From Verrucomicrobiota bacterium (GTDB taxonomy: Bacteria; Verrucomicrobiota; Verrucomicrobiia; Verrucomicrobiales; Akkermansiaceae): a DNA stretch of 64,000 nt. The notes beneath the pieces are model-generated. The model saw only the letters and a program-made list of their open reading frames with translations, did not search any database and had not been told where the DNA came from. The stretch is taken from assembly GCA_017301995.1 (NCBI GenBank), contig JAFLEH010000005.1, positions 47,181 through 111,180 on the forward strand, given 5' to 3'. Each line of letters opens with the position of its first letter. Positions within the stretch are counted from its first letter, which is position 1. Shown here in pieces: positions 53,557 to 61,403 of this stretch. Both the position numbers and the translations under genes were made by a program.

Positions 53557-53796
53557 TTAGGTTGGGGTATTGGTTGAGAGGGATGCTGCTCCGCGTTCGG
53601 GCGCAGGGAGCTTGATGTGGGCTTTCGGTTGACAGGCGTGGCGCACAAGCACGCCGCGCGCCGCCTGTTCGGCATCGGCGAGCACCGCTGAGGGCACCCG
53701 CTTTTTGCCGGTCAGCCACTCGGCCGACATTTTCAGATAGAATGCCCTGGCCGCTGTTTTCCGGACGACCGGCCGGTCGATGTCGTTGGATTTCAT
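53557..53796 (-). CDS. hypothetical protein (79 aa)
   Basis: ATG overlaps the upstream stop; basic small ORF. Confidence 0.35.
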   Translation of the reverse strand: MKSNDIDRPVVRKTAARAFYLKMSAEWLTGKKRVPSAVLADAEQAARGVLVRHACQPKAHIKLPAPERGAASLSTNTPT

Positions 53797-54797
53797 GGCT
53801 TCGCTTTGGGTTTGGATTGTTTGAGGTAGGTGGATGGCGCGGCGTGCTTGACCGACTCGTCGGGGAAGGGCTTTTCGCCCGGCATCCGCTGGCTCCACAG
53901 GTCGCGGAACTTGGTGGCTGATAGATTGCCGTAGGCGGCGAGCACCGGACCGAAGCCCATCTCGCCGATATGGCGGCCGACCGTCTCGCAATCGACGAAC
54001 TCGGAGCCCTTGCGGGTGACGAGCTTCCAGCCGGTGACCGCACCTCCGGCCTTGATCCGGTCGGTGGCAATCTGCTTCGCCCGCTCGCGGAAATCCTCGA
54101 CCACCGCGCAGGCGGCGAGGAAGCGACCGAGTTGGTCCGGGTCGGCGGCAACGGCCTCGAAATCAAATCCGGGATCCGCCACCGGCAGAGCTTCCGCCAC
54201 AATGGCGCGGCGTGCGGTGCAGGATTCGGTCTTGGCGCACCACCCGCAGTATTCGCACGGGTTGGGTGCCTTGTTCAGATCGTAGAACGCCTCGATGACC
54301 TCGCCTACAATCGCCTTGGCCTCGTCGTAGGTGAACTTGAATGACTCGACTTCCCGCTGGTCGCAGAACAACAGGTGGGCCGTCCACTCGTCGGCAAACT
54401 GGGATTCCATGAAACCGAGCGCGTAGGCTGCCATCTGCTCGCGGTAGTTGCGGCGCATCCCGGTCTTCAGGTCGAAGTGGGTGAGCCGGCTCGGCACCAC
54501 CGCGTCGGCTGTGCCGCTGAGTCCCAACATTTTGACGCGGCAATCGTCCTCTCGGGCCAGCACCCGCTCGCGGCCGGACATCGCCCGCACCATCGACACC
54601 GCCCAGGCGACGGCGGCGATTTCATCGGCGGTCAGCTTGTTGGCGATAATCAGGCGTTCCTCCAGGCCGAGCAGCTCGGCGCGGAACGCGGAATCCAGCA
54701 GGGTGCCGCGCTCGGCGGCGGGGCCGGCCACGGGATTGCTCTCGTAGCACGGGCACACCGCCAGCTTCGGCAGGTTGGATGGACGGAGGGCGCTCAC
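53793..54797 (-). CDS. PD-(D/E)XK Cas4/RecB-like exonuclease with Cys cluster (DUF2800-like)
   Basis: N-terminal CPCYES, FDLKTG...REQMAAYAL core, C-terminal CEYCGWCAKTESC. GTG start overlaps the upstream stop (GTGA). Confidence 0.65.
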   Translation of the reverse strand: MSALRPSNLPKLAVCPCYESNPVAGPAAERGTLLDSAFRAELLGLEERLIIANKLTADEIAAVAWAVSMVRAMSGRERVLAREDDCRVKMLGLSGTADAVVPSRLTHFDLKTGMRRNYREQMAAYALGFMESQFADEWTAHLLFCDQREVESFKFTYDEAKAIVGEVIEAFYDLNKAPNPCEYCGWCAKTESCTARRAIVAEALPVADPGFDFEAVAADPDQLGRFLAACAVVEDFRERAKQIATDRIKAGGAVTGWKLVTRKGSEFVDCETVGRHIGEMGFGPVLAAYGNLSATKFRDLWSQRMPGEKPFPDESVKHAAPSTYLKQSKPKAKP

Positions 54798-55801
54798 TTG
54801 GTCGCCTCCTTCCCCTTGACCCATTCGTTCACCGTGGCGACGAAGCGCTTCGGATCGGCCAACATCCGTGCCGCGTAGGCCGGATCCAGGTTGTCGATGG
54901 ATTCGACCGGACCCTCCGCCGTGTAGGCGAGCTTGCCGCGTTCGACGAGGAACCCGACCACGTTCGCCATGTCGGCGAGCGGCTGGAAGGTCTCTGAAAT
55001 CCGATCCGCGAGGGACTTGGCCGGAGCCGCGGCCGCCTGGGTGGGGGATACCGCAGTCGCACCGAACACCGGTGCCAACGAGTCGATGGCGAACGGCAGT
55101 TTGTCCGGCAGCCCGTGGCGGTTTTTCGCGTCATAGGCCGCCGTGTGGGTTGCGAACAACACCCGTTCCTTGCCGCCGACGCCGCGCACCTTGCCGTTGT
55201 CCTTTTCGGCGATCTTGGTGACGTAGTTGGCGAAGAGCACGAGATCGGCCCATTCCTTGAGCAGCGGTGCCGTCTGCTTGCTCAATTTCAACTCGAATCT
55301 ATCATACGACCCCGCCTGGTCGGGGGCCTCGAATTTCCTAACCGTGGCGTGCGCGAGGAACACCACATTCATGCCACGGGCGAGCAGGGCGTCGAGCGAG
55401 TTGAGGAACCGGGCGAACTCCTCGGTGAGCTGGACCCAGCCTTTGCCGTAGCCGAAATCCTCGATGCTGTCCTTGTTAGCCTTGCGACAGAGGTGTTCGG
55501 AGAGCCGTTTTTCCAGCCAGTCGGCGGTGTCGATCACCAGCGTCTTGAACGGATGGTCGGCCTTGGCAAGCTGGGCGACTGACGCCGTGATTTCGTCCCA
55601 AGTCGCCGCCGCGTCGAGCCGGGTGACATCCAGGTGGTGGGTGCCGCCCTCGGTGTCAAGGAAGACGGGGTCCGGTGTCAGGCTGGCGAACGTCGATTTG
55701 CCGACGCCTTCCGGCCCGTAGATGACGGCCTTCTGTGGCCGGTTGATTCTGCCCCGGCGGATGGCGAGGGCACCGTTTTGGTTGTTGGTGTGTGTGTTCA
55801 T
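54794..55801 (-). CDS. AAA_24 / Sak4-like RecA-family ATPase
   Basis: AVIYGPEGVGKSTFAS Walker A; TLVIDTADWL Walker B. Confidence 0.7.
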   Translation of the reverse strand: MNTHTNNQNGALAIRRGRINRPQKAVIYGPEGVGKSTFASLTPDPVFLDTEGGTHHLDVTRLDAAATWDEITASVAQLAKADHPFKTLVIDTADWLEKRLSEHLCRKANKDSIEDFGYGKGWVQLTEEFARFLNSLDALLARGMNVVFLAHATVRKFEAPDQAGSYDRFELKLSKQTAPLLKEWADLVLFANYVTKIAEKDNGKVRGVGGKERVLFATHTAAYDAKNRHGLPDKLPFAIDSLAPVFGATAVSPTQAAAAPAKSLADRISETFQPLADMANVVGFLVERGKLAYTAEGPVESIDNLDPAYAARMLADPKRFVATVNEWVKGKEATK

Positions 55802-55826
55802 GAGAGAGAGTGGGGGAGTCGAAGGG

Positions 55827-56150
55827 TCAAGCCACGAAACCGGGGGCGGGGACCGGGAGCGGGGTGCTCGCACGGGCAAGGCTGCCGCCGTTGGTTGCGG
55901 TCGGCGTCAACTGCCGCGCCGCCGCGCCACCGTTGGCGGAAGCGCGAACCTCAGTGGCACGCAGGTCTTCGAGGACCTGGGACCAGGCGAACCGCACCTT
56001 GCGGTTCCCGGCGATCTTGATGAAGGAGAGGCGGCCGGTCCGGCGCATCCAGCGCACTGAGGCGACGGTGGTTTTCAGGCGGGCGGCGACCTCGCTCTCG
56101 GTGAAAAGCTGCGTTGGGTCGTGGGTGGTGTCGGGTGAAGCGGTGTTCAT
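55827..56150 (-). CDS. Cro/excisionase-type HTH protein
   Basis: LFTESEVAARLKTTVASVRWMRRTGRL; divergent from the cI-like gene, across the operators. Confidence 0.55.
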   Translation of the reverse strand: MNTASPDTTHDPTQLFTESEVAARLKTTVASVRWMRRTGRLSFIKIAGNRKVRFAWSQVLEDLRATEVRASANGGAAARQLTPTATNGGSLARASTPLPVPAPGFVA

Positions 56151-56167
56151 GGTCTGCGCTTCGCTCT

Positions 56168-56185
56168 TGTGTGAGTTCTCACACA
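56168..56185. promoter_or_regulatory. operator palindrome TGTGTGAG-TT-CTCACACA
   Basis: Perfect 8+8 inverted repeat in the cro-like leader. Confidence 0.7.
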
Positions 56186-56290
56186 TGCACCCGACACGCT
56201 GCCGCCAGCCTCCCGCTCAACTTCCGTAACCCATTGGATTTGCAACGAAAAACGCCGATCTTACCGCAGCCTCCGGACGGTTTGTGACAG

Positions 56291-56308
56291 GTGTGAGAGT
56301 TCTCACAC
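56291..56308. promoter_or_regulatory. operator palindrome GTGTGAGA-GT-TCTCACAC (plus a half-site TCTCACAC at 56324-56331)
   Basis: Perfect 8+8 inverted repeat sharing the GTGAG/CTCAC core with 56168-56185. Confidence 0.7.
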
Positions 56309-56363
56309 ATCACCCGCCGCACCTCTCACACCGGAAAAGTGGCGGGAAATGGTGAAAACAGGC

Positions 56364-56392
56364 TTGACGCTGCGCGGCATCGAAGCTACTCT
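56364..56392 (+). promoter_or_regulatory. sigma70-type promoter giving a leaderless cI-like mRNA
   Basis: TTGACG (56364-56369), 17-nt spacer, TACTCT (56387-56392), 6 nt, then ATG at 56399. Confidence 0.55.
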
Positions 56393-56398
56393 GCTTAC

Positions 56399-56755
56399 AT
56401 GTCTGACGTAACATTGGGCCAGCGACTTGAGGAACTCCGCCTCGCGAAGGGACTTTCCTTTCGCGAAATGGGGGATCTGGTTGGCGCGTCCGCGCCCCAC
56501 ATCCGCGATGTCGAGCAGGGCAACCGGCGGCCGTCCGAGGCCCTGCTTGAGAAGATGGCCACCGCCCTGGAGGTTGAGTTGGAGGAACTTCTCCGCTACT
56601 CCACCCGTCCGCCTGCCCGGCAGATGGAGGAACTTATCGGGCAGGACACCGAATACAGTCTGGCGTTCCGCAAATTCGTCGAGGCGGTGCGCGACAATCA
56701 AATCCCCCCGTCCGAGATCCTCGACATCTCGGAGCGACTGCCGAAAAAACCATGA
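56399..56755 (+). CDS. XRE-family repressor (cI-like)
   Basis: LGQRLEELRLAKGLSFREMGDLVGASAPHIRDVEQG HTH_3 motif. Confidence 0.8.
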   Translation: MSDVTLGQRLEELRLAKGLSFREMGDLVGASAPHIRDVEQGNRRPSEALLEKMATALEVELEELLRYSTRPPARQMEELIGQDTEYSLAFRKFVEAVRDNQIPPSEILDISERLPKKP

Positions 56756-57465
56756 GTCCAGCCAGCAACGCGGCCGGTCCGTTTTGCCGGCGTCTTTTCC
56801 TCCCCGATGAACACATCGAGCGCATCTGCCGCGAGGCACTTGCCTCGGTTGAGCTGCTTCCCGAAAGCCCCGGCCCGGTCCGCATCGACCGGTTCATATT
56901 CCTCAGTTTCGGCTTCGAGGAGGAATACAAGCCGCTGCCCGCGCACATCATGGGCTGTGCCAAATTCACCCGCAACGGCCTGTGCCGGATCATCGTGAAC
57001 CAGGACCTTGCCGAGCAGGACGACACGGTGAGCCGCGTCCGCGTTCGCTCCACGCTCGCCCACGAGGCGGGTCACGGACTCTTTCACACCCCGCTTTTTA
57101 TCGAAAAGCTGGAACGCGACGCCATGACGCGCCTGTTGGACAATGGCGAAGGGATCTTTGACAGCGTGAGCAACGAAGGCTTCATGTGCCGCGCCGAGGC
57201 CGGCATGACGGAGGTGCCGAAATTCGAGTGGTGGGAATATCAGGCGAATCTCGCCATGGCCGCGTTGTTGCTGCCGCTCCACCTCGTGGTAGAGGCCGCC
57301 CGTGCCCACCTGCCCAAAGTCCTGTCCGGCACCGGCACCTTTGAAACACGCGTGGCCGCCGCCGAGCGCGAACTTGCGACCCTGTTCAAAGTCAGCCGCC
57401 GCATGGTCTCGATCCGCCTCGGCAAATGGTGGCTCGACCAAGCCACCCAACCGTCCCTTTTCTAA
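56752..57465 (+). CDS. ImmA/IrrE-family zinc metallopeptidase
   Basis: HEXXH in TLAHEAGHGLFH. Start overlaps the repressor stop (ATGA). Confidence 0.8.
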   Translation: MSPASNAAGPFCRRLFLPDEHIERICREALASVELLPESPGPVRIDRFIFLSFGFEEEYKPLPAHIMGCAKFTRNGLCRIIVNQDLAEQDDTVSRVRVRSTLAHEAGHGLFHTPLFIEKLERDAMTRLLDNGEGIFDSVSNEGFMCRAEAGMTEVPKFEWWEYQANLAMAALLLPLHLVVEAARAHLPKVLSGTGTFETRVAAAERELATLFKVSRRMVSIRLGKWWLDQATQPSLF

Positions 57466-57494
57466 CCAACAATCTCCACTTTCCCCCTGCAATT

Positions 57495-58649
57495 ATGGCC
57501 AAACCCAAAATCAAACGCTTCGGCAACCCCGATTTCCTCCGCAAGATCAAGCCCGAGTCGCTGCTCAAGCTGTTGCTGAAATTCGACCCCTTCTTCAAGG
57601 CACGCGGCATCAGTCTGAAAGGATCCACCCTCAAGCCCGCGCAACTCGACCAGTTGGCGGCGCTCATCGTCTCGCCGCCGAGCACCTGTCCCGGACCACT
57701 GCTTGATGCGGTGGACATGCTCGACATGCTCGCCTCGACCGCGGGTCTCGACGAACTGCGCATGGTGGCCGGCGACCTGGTGCGCAAGGTTCAGGAAACG
57801 GGCGACACCGCAGGCGACATCGCGCTCAAGGTCTGGCTGATCGACCGCCACGCCATCGAACAGATCTACACCAAGTTCAGCATCGACCGTGGCCGCACCA
57901 TGAAATGCTACAGCCCCGGCAAGGATCACCGTCCGGTGGCACCCGTCCGCGCCGTCTGCCGGGCGATGGAAAAGGACCTCGAATTCGATTGCTCGGACCT
58001 CTTCGACACCCCGGCCTGCGAGGTGATGGCCTTTGACGACGATGACGGTCACGCGTTCCTCATCCGCCATGGCGAACATGTCAAACGCTTCGAGATCCTC
58101 GATGATGACAACAAGCGCGACACCAAAGCCTTGCGCCTGCTCAAGCACGATGTTGCTTTCGTTTACAACTCCGGCGAGGTTCTCTTGTCCGGCCGCAGCG
58201 AGGAAGTGAAGGAATCCTACCGGCAGGTGTTCTCGAAACACCTGTTCGGCGACCCCAAGCTGCTCAAGCCCTCGAAACGGTTCACCCTCGATCCCATCCG
58301 CCGGGGCCGCGATTGCCTCTGCGGTGCCAATCTGGACATGGCGGCGGTGCCGCTTCTCCGCGAGCTTCACATGCGGCGGCGCGGCACCTCCCGCATGGTC
58401 ATCCTGCGCTGCGACGATGTCTTCGATGAAATCGAGGAACACGGCTCGGACTACCTCCGCGCCTTCAACCTGTTGCGCGCCCGTGTTTCCATCCGGGTCG
58501 ATGGCGAACGGAAATCGCCTTCCGTCCTCATCTCCCCCGAGGATGATGCGATTCGCGGAGACATCCACCATCCGGTGGCCAAGCATTGGCTGGACCACTG
58601 CCCGTTCAATCTCCTTTCCGTCCATGCTCAAGCTCTGGCAAACAATTGA
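57495..58649 (+). CDS. hypothetical protein (384 aa), no recognisable domain
   Basis: High-GC3 frame with natural composition. The antisense 458-aa ORF looks like a shadow. Confidence 0.6.
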   Translation: MAKPKIKRFGNPDFLRKIKPESLLKLLLKFDPFFKARGISLKGSTLKPAQLDQLAALIVSPPSTCPGPLLDAVDMLDMLASTAGLDELRMVAGDLVRKVQETGDTAGDIALKVWLIDRHAIEQIYTKFSIDRGRTMKCYSPGKDHRPVAPVRAVCRAMEKDLEFDCSDLFDTPACEVMAFDDDDGHAFLIRHGEHVKRFEILDDDNKRDTKALRLLKHDVAFVYNSGEVLLSGRSEEVKESYRQVFSKHLFGDPKLLKPSKRFTLDPIRRGRDCLCGANLDMAAVPLLRELHMRRRGTSRMVILRCDDVFDEIEEHGSDYLRAFNLLRARVSIRVDGERKSPSVLISPEDDAIRGDIHHPVAKHWLDHCPFNLLSVHAQALANN

Positions 58650-59724
58650 CCTGTTCGGCAAGGTCGGTGCCACCCGTGCCGCGTGGCAGGCGGCCCTTGC
58701 CGATGATTTCGATGCATGGTGCGGGTTCCTCCAGGCGCGGGACACCGTGGACTCCATCGAAGACCCGGATTTTCCCGGTGAAATCCTCGAACTTGAAAAA
58801 CCCTCCACGGGCGACTTCATCGCATTCAGCACGGCCATTCCCGCCCATCGCCCGCCGCTTCGCGTGAATCGCTCGCTGTGTGTTAGGCTCGCGCCGGACC
58901 TGCGGGCGCTCGCCGCGTTGCTGGCTGGGAAACTCGGCTTCGAAGCCGCCGAATCCCCGCGATGGAGTGACAGTTGCTTTCACGAAGTCGGCTCCCTGCT
59001 ACTGGATCGCGACAACCCGCGCCCCGTCCATCTGTTCATCCCCGATGCACGCTCCCGCCAAGCCGTGATGAAGGCCGGGATTTGCTGCGCCCCTCACGGC
59101 ATCGTCTTGCTCCCGGTCGCCGCCGGCTATACCTCCGAGGTTGCCGCCCTCGCGGCCGAGCGGGCCACCCATGTCCGCGTGCTCGCCACCCGGACCGGCC
59201 TCGACCGGCTGTCCATCGCGCCGCCCACGCGGAGCGTCCGAGGCAGAAAAAATCCGGTCCGCACGCCGCTGTTCACTCCCAAGAAGGGCTGGCGGTGGAA
59301 AGACCTCACCATCGTCATGCGGAGCGACGGATTGCAATTCGCCATCCGGGGGGAAGCCCGCTTCCAGTCATGGGCGGAACTCAGAATGCGGCCGGTCATG
59401 TCCGGCCAGCCCAACGCCACCCTCGACATTCTCGGGCGGCTTGCCAACGGCGAACGCCTCACCCAGCGGCGCGCCGATGTGAACGCCCGGCAGCAAATCT
59501 CGGAGGCGCGGCAGTTTCTCAAGGAATTGATCCCGATCAGGGACGATGATCCGTTCAAGAAATTCAGCGACGGCTGGGGCGTCGAGTTCCGCGTCGATGG
59601 CACCGCCGCCCGCAAACAAGTCGCCCATTGGGAAGCCGGGGACGACGACGAGGAATTTCAACCCGACGCCCCCAGATCCGCCTTCGATCCATCCGAGGAA
59701 AACTATCGCACATTCCAAACATAG
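58624..59724 (+). CDS. hypothetical protein (366 aa), no recognisable domain
   Basis: Start overlaps the previous gene by 26 nt; high-GC3 frame. Confidence 0.55.
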   Translation: MLKLWQTIDLFGKVGATRAAWQAALADDFDAWCGFLQARDTVDSIEDPDFPGEILELEKPSTGDFIAFSTAIPAHRPPLRVNRSLCVRLAPDLRALAALLAGKLGFEAAESPRWSDSCFHEVGSLLLDRDNPRPVHLFIPDARSRQAVMKAGICCAPHGIVLLPVAAGYTSEVAALAAERATHVRVLATRTGLDRLSIAPPTRSVRGRKNPVRTPLFTPKKGWRWKDLTIVMRSDGLQFAIRGEARFQSWAELRMRPVMSGQPNATLDILGRLANGERLTQRRADVNARQQISEARQFLKELIPIRDDDPFKKFSDGWGVEFRVDGTAARKQVAHWEAGDDDEEFQPDAPRSAFDPSEENYRTFQT

Positions 59725-59768
59725 GTTTTCATTCCCTTTCTCCCGACCATCAATCACACTACCCCCGC

Positions 59769-61403
59769 ATGCCCACACTCAACTGGATCGGCAAGGAAGC
59801 CGTCGTCAATCACCATCTGGAAGTTCCGTTCCACCTGCTCAAGGACATGCCGGACCTCGCTTGCGGCGACCCCGGCAGCGGCAATCTGATCGTGGAAGGC
59901 GATAACCTCGTCGCCCTCAAGGCGCTGCTTCCCTATTACAAGGGCAAGGTCAAATGCGTCTGCATCGACCCGCCTTACAACACCGGCAACGAGGGCTGGG
60001 CATACAACGACAACGCCAACAGTCCCGCCATCCGCAAGTGGCTCGGCGAGACGGTCGGCAAAGAAGGGGAAACCCTCGACCGGCATGACCGCTGGCTGTG
60101 CATGATGTACCCGCGGTTAGCACTGCTGCGCGAATTTCTCACAGACGACGGATCAATTTTTATCTGCCTTGATGACAATGAGATTCACGCACTTCGGTAT
60201 GTGATGGAAGAGGTGCAATTCCAGTTTATCGCAACAGCAATCTGGCAGAAGAACTTCGCCCCCAAGAACTCGGCCAAACACTTTTCAGAAGACCACGACT
60301 ACGTCGCTATCTTCGCTAAAAAGGCTGAGACATGGAGGCCTAACCTTGTGGCACGTTCTGACGACGCGATTGCACGATACAAAAATCCCGATAACGACAA
60401 ACGAGGCCCTTGGACTTCAGGGGACTTGCAAGCACGGAACTACTATGGCGATGGAACTTACCCAATTACATGCCCTTCTGGACGTGTGATCGAAGGTCCT
60501 GGAAAAGGCATGTATTGGCGCTTTGCGGAGAAGAACTTTCTCAGGCTTGATCAAGAGGGGCGAATCTGGTGGGGGGCGAACGGCGATAATATGCCACGTC
60601 TCAAGCGCTACCTGTCTGATGTCAAGGCCGGGATCGTGCCGCAGACCCTTTGGTTTCATGGAGATGTTGGGCACACGCAGGAAGCCAAGAAGGAACTATT
60701 GAGCGCTGTCGAATTTGATACTTCCGATGACGTGTTTATCACCCCGAAACCCACACGCTTGATTGAGCGTATCCTGCAAATCTCGACGAACCCCGGCGAT
60801 CTAATTTTGGACAGTTTCGCGGGGAGCGGTACAACGGGGCATGCGGTTTTGAAAATGAACGCTGCAAATCCTGAACTGGAACCACGCAAGGTTATCCTCG
60901 TTGAAATGGAGCCAAAGGTTGTGCGCGAAATAACTGCCGAACGGTTTCGTCGCGTGGCAGAAGGTTACACCAACACCAAGGGCGAAGAAGTCGGCGGCCT
61001 TGGCGGTGGATTCCGCTATGTGACACTTGGCGATGCGCTTTTCGACGAAACCGGCCAGATCCGAGACACCGTCCGCTTTGCCGAACTGGCGCGGCATGTC
61101 TATTTCAGCGAGACCGGCGAGCCACTGCCCAAGGAGCGGGTATCGGCAAAGACCCCTCTGCTTGGCATTCACCGTGGCAAGGCCATCTATCTGCTCTACA
61201 ACGGCATCCTCAGCGACCGCAGCATCGGCGGCGGCAACGCGCTCTGCCGGGAGACCCTGCAAGTGATCGAGGAAATCAACACCGGCCACGAGGGCGTCGA
61301 GCAAACCGTCGTCTATGGCACATCCCAGCGACTTTCCCCGGCCCGGCTCAAGCGCGGCAGAATCGACTTCAAGCAAATCCCCTACCACCTCCGCATCTCA
61401 TGA
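59769..61403 (+). CDS. mod: Type III R-M N6-adenine DNA methyltransferase (Mod)
   Basis: CIDPPYNTGNEGW (motif IV) upstream of DSFAGSGTTGHAV (motif I), which is the beta-class order. Confidence 0.85.
   Translation: MPTLNWIGKEAVVNHHLEVPFHLLKDMPDLACGDPGSGNLIVEGDNLVALKALLPYYKGKVKCVCIDPPYNTGNEGWAYNDNANSPAIRKWLGETVGKEGETLDRHDRWLCMMYPRLALLREFLTDDGSIFICLDDNEIHALRYVMEEVQFQFIATAIWQKNFAPKNSAKHFSEDHDYVAIFAKKAETWRPNLVARSDDAIARYKNPDNDKRGPWTSGDLQARNYYGDGTYPITCPSGRVIEGPGKGMYWRFAEKNFLRLDQEGRIWWGANGDNMPRLKRYLSDVKAGIVPQTLWFHGDVGHTQEAKKELLSAVEFDTSDDVFITPKPTRLIERILQISTNPGDLILDSFAGSGTTGHAVLKMNAANPELEPRKVILVEMEPKVVREITAERFRRVAEGYTNTKGEEVGGLGGGFRYVTLGDALFDETGQIRDTVRFAELARHVYFSETGEPLPKERVSAKTPLLGIHRGKAIYLLYNGILSDRSIGGGNALCRETLQVIEEINTGHEGVEQTVVYGTSQRLSPARLKRGRIDFKQIPYHLRIS

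Larger units (their letters stand above)
7391..57465. mobile_element. integrated lambda-like tailed prophage; left end near 7.4 kb, right end not defined and may extend through the R-M genes beyond the window
   Basis: Contains int and xis, a complete tail/head/packaging module, lysis genes, replication genes and a cI/cro switch. No att duplicate was found inside the window. Confidence 0.85.
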
